Positions 30,049-38,905 of a DNA stretch of 64,000 nucleotides are shown here, piece after piece. The first letter of the stretch is position 1. Every line of letters starts with the position of its first letter. This stretch comes from Oscillospiraceae bacterium (GTDB lineage Bacteria; Bacillota; Clostridia; Oscillospirales; CAG-272). Both the position numbers and the translations under genes were made by a program. The stretch is taken from positions 76,246-140,245 of the forward strand of contig SVSG01000002.1 in the NCBI GenBank assembly GCA_015064415.1, in the 5' to 3' direction. Under the pieces are notes generated by a model. It searched no databases and was not told the origin of the DNA. It worked only from the letters and a program-made list of their open reading frames with translations.

Positions 30049-31182
30049 TTATGTGTTTTCGTTCAATTTTGCGGCCACCTTGAGGGCGATCTCAAGCCCC
30101 GGTACCAAAGATTTTTTCTCGATCCATTCCTCGCGGGTGTGCATGCCGCCGCCCGTGTAAACGCCGATGCAAACGGCGGGGACACCGAGCGAGAGGGGAA
30201 TGTTGCAGTCGGTGGAGCTGGAGGCGAAGCGCGGCGCGCGGCCGTCCACCTCCTCCACCACGGCGGCGCAGGTGTCGATCAGCGTCTGCAGTGCCACGGG
30301 ATCCACGCCGCGTGCGCAGGGGCGGTCGCCCACCATGGTGACCTTGACCTTCACGTCGTCGGTTTCGGCGGCCTTGAAGATCTGCTTGAATTTTTGTTGC
30401 ATAATGTCGATGCACTCGGCGTTGTCCGAGCGGTATTCGCAAAGCATGCGGGCGCTTTGCGCGATCGTGTTGACCGAGGTGCCGCCCTCGATGGTGCCGA
30501 CGTTGTAGGTCACGCGGCTGCCCTCGCGTACGGGGGGCTCGACGGTGTAGATGGCGCGGATCATCTCGGCAAGCGCGTCGATGGCGCTCTTTTTGCCAAA
30601 GGCAAGGTAGGAGTGCCCGCCCTCTGTCGTGACCTCGACCTCATAACGGTGGGAGCCCACGCAGCGGTCATTGATGGTGTGAATGTTCGAGTCAAAGCTG
30701 ACGAATTGCTTGACGCGTCCCTCGTAATCCGCAAAAATCTTGCGCACGCCCTTGAGATTGCCAAGTCCCTCCTCGCAGGAGTTTGCCACAAAGAGAATGC
30801 CGCCCTTGGGGGTGATATTGTTTTCCACGTAGTATCTTGCCAGATACATCATCACGACAAGACTGGCGGTGTCGTCACCCACGCCGGGGCAACGCACGGT
30901 CACGCCGTCATCCGTGTAGGGCATCGGCGCCTCGTCGGGGAAAACCGTGTCGGTGTGTGCCACGTACACGGTCAGCGCGTTGCTTTCTTTGGCGTTCAGG
31001 GGGAAGACCACGTTCTTGGCATCGTCGATATAAACACCCGTGGCGCCGATCGACTCAAACCATTTTTTACAGAAGGCGGCGCGCGCATCCTCCTTGCCCG
31101 AGGGCGCGGGAATGAGACAAAGCTCTTTTAAAAGGGCATAGAGCCCTTGCTCGTTTTCTTGCACGTAGGTTTTGAAATCCAT
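30049..31182 (-). CDS. M20-family metallopeptidase/deacylase
   Basis: AHTDTVFP, GVGDDT, EEGLGNLKG motifs. Start MDFKTY (ATG 31182, AAGGAG upstream), because the predicted TSS is only ~8 nt before the track start. Confidence 0.75.
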   Translation of the reverse strand: MDFKTYVQENEQGLYALLKELCLIPAPSGKEDARAAFCKKWFESIGATGVYIDDAKNVVFPLNAKESNALTVYVAHTDTVFPDEAPMPYTDDGVTVRCPGVGDDTASLVVMMYLARYYVENNITPKGGILFVANSCEEGLGNLKGVRKIFADYEGRVKQFVSFDSNIHTINDRCVGSHRYEVEVTTEGGHSYLAFGKKSAIDALAEMIRAIYTVEPPVREGSRVTYNVGTIEGGTSVNTIAQSARMLCEYRSDNAECIDIMQQKFKQIFKAAETDDVKVKVTMVGDRPCARGVDPVALQTLIDTCAAVVEEVDGRAPRFASSSTDCNIPLSLGVPAVCIGVYTGGGMHTREEWIEKKSLVPGLEIALKVAAKLNENT

Positions 31183-31226
31183 AGAAGCTCCTTTGTCGTT
31201 AATAATAAGCATTATATATTAGCTTA

Positions 31227-31255
31227 ATTATAGCAATCCGATAGGGGATTGTCAA
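31227..31255 (-). promoter_or_regulatory. Promoter of the M20-capA-recG-PPTase operon
   Basis: Minus strand TTGACA (31250-31255), 17-nt spacer, TATAAT (31227-31232). Confidence 0.55.
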
Positions 31256-31293
31256 GCAAAATAAGCAGAGTTTGAAAAAAATGCTACCATCCC

Positions 31294-31322
31294 TTGACAG
31301 AATGCGCAAAGTGCGCTATAAT
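31294..31322 (+). promoter_or_regulatory. Promoter of the LRR lipoprotein gene
   Basis: TTGACA 31294-31299, 17-nt spacer, TATAAT 31317-31322. Confidence 0.6.
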
Positions 31323-31382
31323 ATTATGTGATATTATGCGTGCGCACAGGCGCGTACGCTCTTTTGAGGAGGATACCGCAAA

Positions 31383-32339
31383 ATGAAAAGAATATTTGCC
31401 CTGATGCTGGCGCTGTTGACGGTGCTTTCGCTTGTGGCCTGCTCGTCGGATGACGAGGAGGGGGAAGACGGCGGATTCGATATGTCTGTTACCACCAACG
31501 AGTTGGTGTATCGCCCCGCGGAAAATCCCAATCAGGATGCGTTTTATTACGAGTACATCAACGGTAACGAGATCTCGATCGTCGGTTATTCCGGCACCCA
31601 CGTGCTGCACGCCGTGACCGTTCCCGACATGATCGACGAGCGTAAGGTGACCGATATTGCCGCTGACGCTTTCAAGAGCGTGACCAGCATCTCTGCCGTG
31701 ACGCTGCCCGATTCCATCGTTACCATCGGTGATATGGCCTTCTACGGCTGCACCGAGATGACCGCCATCAACATGCCCGCCTCGCTTGTCAGCTTGGGTG
31801 AGGCCGCTTTTGCCGGTTGCATTCGCCTTGGCTCTGCCAAGATGCCCGAAACGCTGACCTCGATCGGCTACGCCGCCTTCTACAACTGCAAGAGCTTGAC
31901 GGAAGCAAGCCTGTCCGCAGCCATCAAGGAGCTGCCCAACCAGCTCTTCATGAACTGCGAGCGACTGAAGACCGTTACCTGGAGCGCAGAGGGCCTTGAG
32001 ATCGGCAACTTCGCGTTCCTTGGTTGTGCACAGCTGGAAAGCGTGAACATCCCCGCAACGCTGACCAAGATCGGTAATTACGCCTTCTCCGGTTGCGCAA
32101 AGCTGACCGTTGCCTCCATCCCTGCCGGCGTGCAGAGCATCGGCGTCTCCGCCTTCAATGCATGTACCACCCTGCAGGAGATTCCCTTCGCAACGACGGA
32201 GGGCTGGTACGTGGCAAGAAATCTGGATGCCATCGACCTTGTCTGGAAGAACGTGAACGTTGAGGACGCCGCCGCAAACGTGGCAAACCTGACCGACACC
32301 TACAACGCCTTCTACTGGAAGCGCATCGTATCTGAATAA
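31383..32339 (+). CDS. Leucine-rich-repeat (BspA-like) surface lipoprotein
   Basis: Signal MKRIFALMLALLTVLSLVAC (lipobox LVAC). ~23-aa repeats of the form ..IP.S(L/V)..IG..AF..C..L. Confidence 0.8.
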   Translation: MKRIFALMLALLTVLSLVACSSDDEEGEDGGFDMSVTTNELVYRPAENPNQDAFYYEYINGNEISIVGYSGTHVLHAVTVPDMIDERKVTDIAADAFKSVTSISAVTLPDSIVTIGDMAFYGCTEMTAINMPASLVSLGEAAFAGCIRLGSAKMPETLTSIGYAAFYNCKSLTEASLSAAIKELPNQLFMNCERLKTVTWSAEGLEIGNFAFLGCAQLESVNIPATLTKIGNYAFSGCAKLTVASIPAGVQSIGVSAFNACTTLQEIPFATTEGWYVARNLDAIDLVWKNVNVEDAAANVANLTDTYNAFYWKRIVSE

Positions 32340-32345
32340 TGAAGC

Positions 32346-32377
32346 AAAAAAAGAGCCGCGCAAGCGGCTCTTTTTTT
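32346..32377. terminator. Bidirectional rho-independent terminator
   Basis: AGAGCCGC / GCGGCTCT stem flanked by an A-run and a T-run. Confidence 0.8.
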
Positions 32378-32379
32378 GC

Positions 32380-33489
32380 TCAGCGCAGTAGCCCTTGAAA
32401 AAAAGGCGTTTGCGTGAGCGTTTGCATGCCGCACAGCACCAGCGCGCGATCACAAGCGGAGGCGAGTGCGGCAAGGTCGATTTTTGAGCAGTAACGCGGG
32501 TCGATGGCGAGAATGCGGTAATGGCGCGCGAGAAAAGGAAACAGGGAGTTGGCAAAGCTGTCCTTGATCACCAAAAGCGCGGGACGCGTATCTTCTTCCC
32601 CGAGGTCGATCTGCAACAGACCGCAATTGCCGCCAAGAAAAAGCGCGTATTGATCGCTTGTGGTGAGCTTTGCCGTGTCATAAAGCCCTGCAAATTCGGC
32701 GGGCTTTCCGTCGCGCAAAACGCGGTAGCTTTCCTCACCCGTGTAACGAAAAACCGATATCGTATCGGGGTTAACGTGCAAAAAGCCCGCTGCGGCGGCA
32801 CTGGTACCAAGGAAGCTTTGCGAGAGCGTTTGCACGTTGAAATCGCTTTTGGGATGCGGCGTGTAGCCCAGATAGCGCGAAAGCCGCACGTAGGCAAAAT
32901 ATGCGCCCTCCTGCGTCCAGTGGTGGTCGGTGCGGTACCATTGCACATCCTCGGTGGCATCCAAAAAGGTGACAACGCCTGCGGGGAGCTGTTCCCAGAC
33001 CGCCTGCTCCCGCGCCGTGTTATAGAGCGCGGGCAGTACCTCACAGCGCACGTCGATGCGGCGGGGCGCGACGGCTGTGGTGAGGGGAAGATCGCCTAAA
33101 TTTTTTTGCAGGCGGGGAAGCGCGGACAGGTTTTGCTTGAAAATTTGCTCGTTTACCGCAAGACGGCGGCAAAGCGAGCCGTCGCGGCAAAGGATCACGC
33201 CGTGTGCCTCGCCGCGCCAAAGCGCCAGCTCCCCCGTGGCGTATACGGCACGCCCGATGCCGCGAAACGGTACCCGTTCCGCAGCGTAAGAGTCCAGCGC
33301 GGCCGTGTAGGTGCCGTCCGCCAGCGCTTCGGTGGAAAAAACGGGAAAAGCAGAAAGGAGACGGTTTTCCGCAGCGGAAAATCGCGGCGCGGGAAAGCCG
33401 CATAGCCCCACGGTGCCAAGAAGCAGGATCGCCGACATAAAAATCAGCAGAATTTTGTCGCCCGATCTTGATTTTCTCATACCGTTCAC
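32380..33489 (-). CDS. DHHW-family membrane-anchored protein
   Basis: N-terminal TM (ILLIFMSAILLLGTVGL) and the eponymous YRTDHHWT motif. Start is GTG 33489 or ATG 33480. Confidence 0.75.
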   Translation of the reverse strand: MNGMRKSRSGDKILLIFMSAILLLGTVGLCGFPAPRFSAAENRLLSAFPVFSTEALADGTYTAALDSYAAERVPFRGIGRAVYATGELALWRGEAHGVILCRDGSLCRRLAVNEQIFKQNLSALPRLQKNLGDLPLTTAVAPRRIDVRCEVLPALYNTAREQAVWEQLPAGVVTFLDATEDVQWYRTDHHWTQEGAYFAYVRLSRYLGYTPHPKSDFNVQTLSQSFLGTSAAAAGFLHVNPDTISVFRYTGEESYRVLRDGKPAEFAGLYDTAKLTTSDQYALFLGGNCGLLQIDLGEEDTRPALLVIKDSFANSLFPFLARHYRILAIDPRYCSKIDLAALASACDRALVLCGMQTLTQTPFFQGLLR

Positions 33490-33551
33490 CGCCTTTTTTG
33501 TTTTTTAATAGGTTTTGCGGATTTGCAAAATATATAAAAGGAACATTTTGT

Positions 33552-34015
33552 AAAGCTTTGAAAAAACGTGCCGTACTGTGTTGCTCCTTGAAAAGCGGCT
33601 TGACATAGGAAACTACGCTTCGCCTTGCTCGCTCGGCCCACCTTGTCCGGCGCTTTTTTCTTTGCTTTATGTGTTGAAGTTTCGGGGGGATTTGAATTAT
33701 TTTTCGCGGATGCGAAAAATAAGAAAGAAGGGGCGCCCCTTTTCAAAGGGGTGCCCCTAAAGCTTTGAAAAAACGTGCCATACTGCGTTGCTCCTCGAAA
33801 AGCGGCTTGACGTAGGAGACTACGCCTTCGCCTTGCTTTTCTCTGGCGCCCGCGCCGCTGAAAGTCGGCGCAAGACACACCTTCGGTGGTCCCGCCTTGT
33901 CCGGCGCGTTTTTTCTTTGTTTTATGTGTTGAAGTTTCGGGTGGGAAGATTGAATTATTTTTCGCGGATGCGAAAAATAAGAAAGAAGGGCAGCCCCTTT
34001 TCAAAGGGGTGCCCT
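33552..34015. repeat. Tandem duplication of a non-coding unit (copy 1 33552-33758, copy 2 33759-34015), each ending in a terminator-like hairpin
   Basis: Both copies start AAAGCTTTGAAAAAACGTGCC and end ..AAGAAAGAAGGG(c/g)..CCCCTTTTCAAAGGGGTGCCC. Copy 2 carries an extra ~50-nt GC-rich insert (about 33838-33890). Confidence 0.85.
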
Positions 34016-34024
34016 TCTTTTTTA
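33975..34024 (-). terminator. pnp terminator (hairpin of repeat copy 2)
   Basis: GAAGGGCAcCCC / GGGGcTGCCCTTC stem with T-rich tracts on both sides, 12 nt downstream of the pnp stop. Confidence 0.75.
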
Positions 34025-34035
34025 TAATAAACAAA

Positions 34036-36159
34036 TCAGTTCAAAGCGTCCTTGATGGAGAATTCCATGCGGTTCTTCTTCTGATCGATGCCCATATACT
34101 TGACCTTGACAACGTCGCCCAGCTTGAGCACGTCCTCAACCTTGTCGATACGGGTCTTGGCGATCTTGGAGATGTGCACCATGCACTCCTTACCGGGCAG
34201 GTACTCGACGAAGCAGCCGAACTCCTTGATGCCGGTGACCTTGCCCTCGAATACGGTGCCCACCTCGGGATCGTATGCGATAGCGGCGATGGCCTTGCGT
34301 GCGATGTCTGCGCTCTCACCGTTGATGGCGGCAATGCGGATGGTGCCGTCGTCATCGATGTCAATCTTTGCACCGGACTCAGCGGTGATCTTCTGGATCA
34401 CGGCGCCGCCCTTACCGATGACCTCGCGGATCTTGTCGGGGTCGATCTTCATGGTGGTCATTTTGGGTGCGTACTTGGAGACCTCAGCACGGGGTGCGGG
34501 GATCGCCTTGAGCAGTACCTCGTCGATGATATAATCGCGGCCCTTGTGGGTCATCTCAAGAGCGGCCTTGATGATCTCGGGCGTCAGGCCGTCGACCTTC
34601 AGGTCCATCTGAATGGAGGTGATACCCTTGTGCGTACCGGCCACCTTGAAGTCCATATCGCCGTAGAAGTCCTCCAGGCCCTGGATGTCCATCATGACGT
34701 CCCAAGTGCCGTCCTCGGCGGTGATCAGACCGCAGGAAATACCTGCAACGGGTGCCTTGATCGGCACGCCTGCATCCATCAGTGCAAGGGTGGAGCCGCA
34801 TACGGAGCCCTGAGAGGTGGAACCGTTGGAGGAAACCACGTCGGACACAAGACGAATGGCGTAGGGGAACTCCTCCTCAGAGGGAAGCACGGGCACGAGA
34901 GATCTCTCGGCAAGTGCACCGTGGCCGATCTCGCGACGGCCGGGGGAGCGGGTGGACTTGGCCTCGCCGGTGGAGAAGCCGGGCATGTTGTAGTGGTGCA
35001 TATAGCGCTTGCTGGTCTCGCTGTCGATACCGTCCAGCATCTGGGCCTCGCCCAGCGTGCCAAGGGTGGCAACGGTCATGACCTGGGTCTGACCGCGGGT
35101 AAAGAGACCGGAGCCGTGGGTGCGGGGCAGAAGGCCTACCTCAGCGCCAAGGGGACGGATCTGATCCATGCGGCGGCCGTCTACACGCTTCTTGTCGTTG
35201 AGCAGCCATGCGCGCACGATCTTCTTCTGCATCTTGTAAAGCAGCTCCTCCATCTGGCCGGAAAGTCCCTCGTACTTCTCGGAGAACTTCTCGACGATGG
35301 CATCGTAAATGGGAGCCACGCGAGCGTCACGCACGCTCTTGTCATCGGTGTCAAGCGCAACCTTGAGGTCTGCTTCGCAGAAAGCAAAGATCTCGTCGAA
35401 CATGTCGTGGTCGAGCTCGCAGGAGGGGTAATCGAACTTGGGCTTGCCGATCTCGTCAACGATGCCGCCAATGAAGATAAGCAGGTCCTTGATCTCGCGG
35501 TGAGCAAGCATAATGGCGTCATACATGGTCTGATCGTCCACTTCGTTTGCGCCTGCCTCGATCATAACGACCTTCTCGGCGGAAGCGGCAACGGTCAGCT
35601 GCAGATCGCTCTTCTTGTTCTGCTCGGCGGTGGGGTTGATGACAAGCTTGCCGTCAACAAGGCCGACCAGAGCGCCACCGATCGGGCCGTTCCACGGGAT
35701 GTCGGAAATGGAAAGGGCGATGGAGGCACCGATCATCGCGGTGATCTCGGGAGAGCAGTCGGGGTCAACGGACATCACCGTGAGGGTGAGTGCCACGTCG
35801 TTGCGCAGATCCTTGGGGAACAAGGGGCGCACGGGACGGTCGATCACACGGGAGGTGAGAACGGCCTTTTCGGAGGGCTTACCCTCGCGCTTGAGGTAGC
35901 CGCCGGGGATCTTGCCTGCCGCATACATTCTCTCGTCAAAGTCGACGGAAAGGGGCAGGAAGTCGATGCCGTCGCGGGGACGGACAGAGGCGGTGGCACA
36001 GCAAAGGATAGCGGTCTCGCCGTAACGGATGAGGCAAGAGCCGTTGGCAAGGCCAGCGAGCTTACCGGTCTCAACCACCAGAGGGCGGCCGGCCAGCGTG
36101 TAGCGGAACACCTTGTAGTTCTTAAACTCCATAGGGGTGCTGATAGCATTTTCGGACAT
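34036..36159 (-). CDS. pnp: Polyribonucleotide nucleotidyltransferase (PNPase)
   Basis: Two RNase PH-like domains, then KH (VIGKGGAVIQKI) and S1 (GKVTGIKEFGCFVE). ATG 36159 lies 8 nt after AAGGAG. Confidence 0.95.
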   Translation of the reverse strand: MSENAISTPMEFKNYKVFRYTLAGRPLVVETGKLAGLANGSCLIRYGETAILCCATASVRPRDGIDFLPLSVDFDERMYAAGKIPGGYLKREGKPSEKAVLTSRVIDRPVRPLFPKDLRNDVALTLTVMSVDPDCSPEITAMIGASIALSISDIPWNGPIGGALVGLVDGKLVINPTAEQNKKSDLQLTVAASAEKVVMIEAGANEVDDQTMYDAIMLAHREIKDLLIFIGGIVDEIGKPKFDYPSCELDHDMFDEIFAFCEADLKVALDTDDKSVRDARVAPIYDAIVEKFSEKYEGLSGQMEELLYKMQKKIVRAWLLNDKKRVDGRRMDQIRPLGAEVGLLPRTHGSGLFTRGQTQVMTVATLGTLGEAQMLDGIDSETSKRYMHHYNMPGFSTGEAKSTRSPGRREIGHGALAERSLVPVLPSEEEFPYAIRLVSDVVSSNGSTSQGSVCGSTLALMDAGVPIKAPVAGISCGLITAEDGTWDVMMDIQGLEDFYGDMDFKVAGTHKGITSIQMDLKVDGLTPEIIKAALEMTHKGRDYIIDEVLLKAIPAPRAEVSKYAPKMTTMKIDPDKIREVIGKGGAVIQKITAESGAKIDIDDDGTIRIAAINGESADIARKAIAAIAYDPEVGTVFEGKVTGIKEFGCFVEYLPGKECMVHISKIAKTRIDKVEDVLKLGDVVKVKYMGIDQKKNRMEFSIKDALN

Positions 36160-36283
36160 GGTTTTTTCTCCTTGTTTTTTTATTTTCACCCATGTGCTTT
36201 AACAATTAAATACGCGTCCCTCGCGTGGACGGGCGCATATTTAACTGCTAAACCGCATGGGGGAATGACTTAAAAATGGAATA

Positions 36284-36322
36284 GGAGTGCAGAGCAGGGT
36301 ATATCACACTGCTCTACACTCC
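36284..36322 (-). promoter_or_regulatory. Intercistronic rpsO-pnp stem-loop (attenuating terminator / processing hairpin)
   Basis: GGAGTGtAGAGCAG...CTGCTCTgCACTCC long stem 10 nt after the rpsO stop, followed by a T-rich tract. Confidence 0.6.
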
Positions 36323-36331
36323 CGCACGCAA

Positions 36332-36595
36332 TTACTTGCGCAGGTTCAGCTTCTCGACGATGGCGCGGTAGCGCTCGATGTCGATCTTCTGCAGGTAGCC
36401 CAGAAGGTTTCTTCTGTGGCCGACCATCTTCAGCATGCCGCGGCGGCTGTGGTGGTCCTTGTGGTTTGCCTTAAGGTGCTCGGTCAGAGCGTTGATGCGA
36501 TGGGTAAGGATCGCGATCTGAACCTCAGGGGAGCCGGTATCACCCTCGTGGATGGCATACTCGGCAATAATGGCCTGCTTTTCGTCCTTCAACAT
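36332..36595 (-). CDS. rpsO: 30S ribosomal protein S15
   Basis: 87 aa. [30 protein letters not shown]-type sequence. Confidence 0.95.
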   Translation of the reverse strand: MLKDEKQAIIAEYAIHEGDTGSPEVQIAILTHRINALTEHLKANHKDHHSRRGMLKMVGHRRNLLGYLQKIDIERYRAIVEKLNLRK

Positions 36596-36701
36596 TTTTC
36601 TTTTTCACCTTTCTGTAATCTATGGCGTACCCCCAGCGGTGGGTAGGTGAGTGCCGCATGGCGGCGGTATCCCACGACCGAGTGGACGTCACGCAGATGC
36701 T

Positions 36702-36730
36702 ATTATAACACATTCCCCCGTTTTTGTAAA
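36702..36730 (-). promoter_or_regulatory. rpsO promoter
   Basis: Minus strand TTTACA (36725-36730), 17-nt spacer, TGtTATAAT (TATAAT 36702-36707). Leaves a ~95-nt GC-rich leader. Confidence 0.55.
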
Positions 36731-36774
36731 GGGGTTTTTGAAAAAAATTTATATAATATATAATGTATGGCAGA

Positions 36775-37854
36775 TCAGTCAAGCGTCCAGATCGTATATT
36801 GGATGCGGTTTTCGTTCAGAGATTTGTTGTCCTTCATATAATAAACCGTGACAAGCTCTCCCTTTCCGTTTTCCGTGGTGGAGGGGTAACCGAGGTCCCA
36901 GTCAAGGCCGTCCTCGCGCAGGATGATCTCCTCGCTCCACGTGTGGCCGTTGTCGCGGCTGATACGCGCACGGATGCCCATGGGCATCTGGCGGCGGCCG
37001 TAGGTGAGCACGATCTCGCCCTTTGAGGTCACGAAAATGTGCGCGGGCATGCCGCACCAGCCCGTGGGCTGCGGCTCGCTGAAGCTCTTGCCGCCGTCAG
37101 TGGAGCGCGAGAGGTAAACGGTGTAGAGATTTTTGTATTTGTTTTGTACGCGGATGGCGACGAGAATGTCACCGTTGGGCATCTCGGCGGCATAGGGCTC
37201 GCAGAAAACGGTGTCCGCGTCCGGGGAGGGGGCAAGAAGCTGCGGTTCGGCCAGCACGTTGCCATTGGCATCCACACGCAACACGTAAATGCCGCGCGTG
37301 CCGACCTCAGTGCTGCCAAGCGAGCCCACGTGCAGGATCTCGCCGTTGCGCGTGATCATCGGGCCGTGCGGGGAGGTGGTGGGAATATGTACGGGCTCGC
37401 TGAAGGTGTAGCCGTTGTCCTTGGACACCGCCAGCGTGGGGCCTGCGTAGCGCGTCTCGTCCGCGTCGGTGATTTCGGCATTGCGGCGCTCGATCATCTC
37501 GCGCTCCTTGGTGGTGCGGGGGCCGTGGAGCCAATGCGTGAGAAATCTTGCGTGGCCGGCGCGTCCCGTGGCAAAGGAGGTCATCAGAATTTTGCCGGGG
37601 GCCACTTCGCAAAGTCCCGCGTCACGGTCGTCAAGCGGGGTGTTTTGAACGGTGTAAGGCGTGCTCCACGTGTAGCCACCGTCCGTCGAGCGTGCGGCCT
37701 TCACGCGGCCGAAGGGGCAGATGTGCTTTAATCTCTCACCCGACCAGGCGGCAAGCATGCTGCCGTCGGAAAGCGAAATGACGGTGGGCCAGGCATGATA
37801 GGCGGCAAATTTCTCACCGCGGGGGCTGACGAAGCCGTGCTTGATGATCTTCAT
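36775..37854 (-). CDS. BNR/Asp-box repeat beta-propeller protein (sialidase-like fold), no signal peptide
   Basis: Four Asp-boxes: STDGGYTWS, SKDNGYTFS, STDGGKSFS, SRDNGHTWS. ATG 37854 after AAGGAGG. Confidence 0.7.
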   Translation of the reverse strand: MKIIKHGFVSPRGEKFAAYHAWPTVISLSDGSMLAAWSGERLKHICPFGRVKAARSTDGGYTWSTPYTVQNTPLDDRDAGLCEVAPGKILMTSFATGRAGHARFLTHWLHGPRTTKEREMIERRNAEITDADETRYAGPTLAVSKDNGYTFSEPVHIPTTSPHGPMITRNGEILHVGSLGSTEVGTRGIYVLRVDANGNVLAEPQLLAPSPDADTVFCEPYAAEMPNGDILVAIRVQNKYKNLYTVYLSRSTDGGKSFSEPQPTGWCGMPAHIFVTSKGEIVLTYGRRQMPMGIRARISRDNGHTWSEEIILREDGLDWDLGYPSTTENGKGELVTVYYMKDNKSLNENRIQYTIWTLD

Positions 37855-37976
37855 AACTTTCCTCCTTATAAAAGGGTATTGCATTAAGACCATTTTAGCG
37901 CATTTGCCGCCGAAATGCAAGTAAAAAAACGAAAAATGCGCAAGGAAAAAACGACGAAAATAAAAAAGAACGTCGG

Positions 37977-38333
37977 TTATTGTTCATTTTTGCGCAAAAG
38001 GCCGAGGGTACCCGAAAGGATGAGAAGGGCGCCAAACAAACGCCGCAGGACCTCCTGCGGAAGAAAAAAGGCCAGCTTGCTGCCAAGGTAAGCGCCGATC
38101 AGACCCGCAGGAATGAGAAAAAGGAGCATTCCCCACAAAAGCTTGGTGCGGAAAGCGTGCACGCAAAGCGCCGAGAGGGAGGAGGCAAGGAAGAAAAGGA
38201 GGTTGAGCCCCTGCGCCGTAAGCTGCGGTACGTGCTGTACCGCGGTGAGGAAGATCACCAACAGCCCCGCGCTCCCCACACCGAGCCCTGAAAGCGTTGC
38301 CACCGCAAGCGAAACAAAAAATAAGATCCACAT
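37977..38333 (-). CDS. Half-size (4-TM) TSUP/TauE-SafE-family membrane protein, downstream half
   Basis: 118 aa, four hydrophobic segments, Gly-rich TM1 (LSGLGVGSAGLL). ATG 38333 lies 1 nt after the upstream stop. Confidence 0.7.
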   Translation of the reverse strand: MWILFFVSLAVATLSGLGVGSAGLLVIFLTAVQHVPQLTAQGLNLLFFLASSLSALCVHAFRTKLLWGMLLFLIPAGLIGAYLGSKLAFFLPQEVLRRLFGALLILSGTLGLLRKNEQ

Positions 38334-38334
38334 C

Positions 38335-38718
38335 TTAAAACACCAATAAAATACCGGAAAACAGCACAACGGTGGCGAAAATTTTGTTCATAAGGCGGAT
38401 CGGGATGCGTTTGAGCAAGAAGGCACCGAGCGCACCGCCGAGCGCGGCGGGCAGGAGTAGCGCCCAAAGGGAAGGGACGGGGAGGGCCCCGCCTTTTTTG
38501 TATTGCCACACCGAAAAAAGGGAAAGCGGCAGCATCACGGCAAGGGCGGTGGCGTAAAATCTGTGCCCGTCCGCTATCTTTTCGCCAAAAAAGCGGCGCA
38601 TCCCAAAGACGAGGGGAATGCCGCCGCCCGCCCCCAAAAGGGCGTTCAGAAAGCCCGCTATCAGCCCCAAAAGGGGTAAGAGCACCCACTTTTTAAAACC
38701 GGAAATCATAAAATCCAT
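38335..38718 (-). CDS. Half-size (4-TM) TSUP/TauE-SafE-family membrane protein, upstream half
   Basis: 127 aa, four hydrophobic segments, LNALLGAGGGIPLV motif typical of TauE/SafE. Confidence 0.7.
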   Translation of the reverse strand: MDFMISGFKKWVLLPLLGLIAGFLNALLGAGGGIPLVFGMRRFFGEKIADGHRFYATALAVMLPLSLFSVWQYKKGGALPVPSLWALLLPAALGGALGAFLLKRIPIRLMNKIFATVVLFSGILLVF

Positions 38719-38773
38719 CCTTTTACAATTGAAAAAATGTCGAAAATTATTTTGTAAACATTAAAATATGTTC

Positions 38774-38802
38774 TTGCAAAAAAGAAAATAACATGTTATA
38801 CT
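38774..38802 (+). promoter_or_regulatory. Candidate ftsK promoter
   Basis: TTGCAA 38774-38779, 17-nt spacer, TGtTATACT ending 38802. Confidence 0.5.
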
Positions 38803-38905
38803 AATAATTGGAATAAGTAACAAGAGACTTTCACGGGTTATTTTTTGCAGGTTTTCCCTCAAAATACAGGGAAACGGGTGGAAGTTTTCGGAAAGGACGA
38901 AAGGT

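Noticed and set aside
33552-34015. Possible CRISPR array or other short-repeat array
   Set aside because: There are only two copies of a ~207/257-bp unit, directly abutting with no spacers, and no cas genes in the window.
33486-34034. 182-aa minus-strand ORF whose protein shows an internal repeat (GTPLKRG.PSFLFFASAKNNS twice)
   Set aside because: The repeat only mirrors the tandem DNA duplication. The ORF runs through two terminator hairpins, is extremely basic and low-complexity, and has no RBS. It is treated as non-coding.
26448-36273. Plus-strand ORFs 26448-28793 (781 aa), 28700-30160 (486 aa) and 33886-36273 (795 aa), antisense to recG, capA and pnp
   Set aside because: The minus-strand products are unmistakable (RecG helicase motifs, CapA motifs, PNPase PH/KH/S1 domains). 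The plus-strand translations have no recognisable features.
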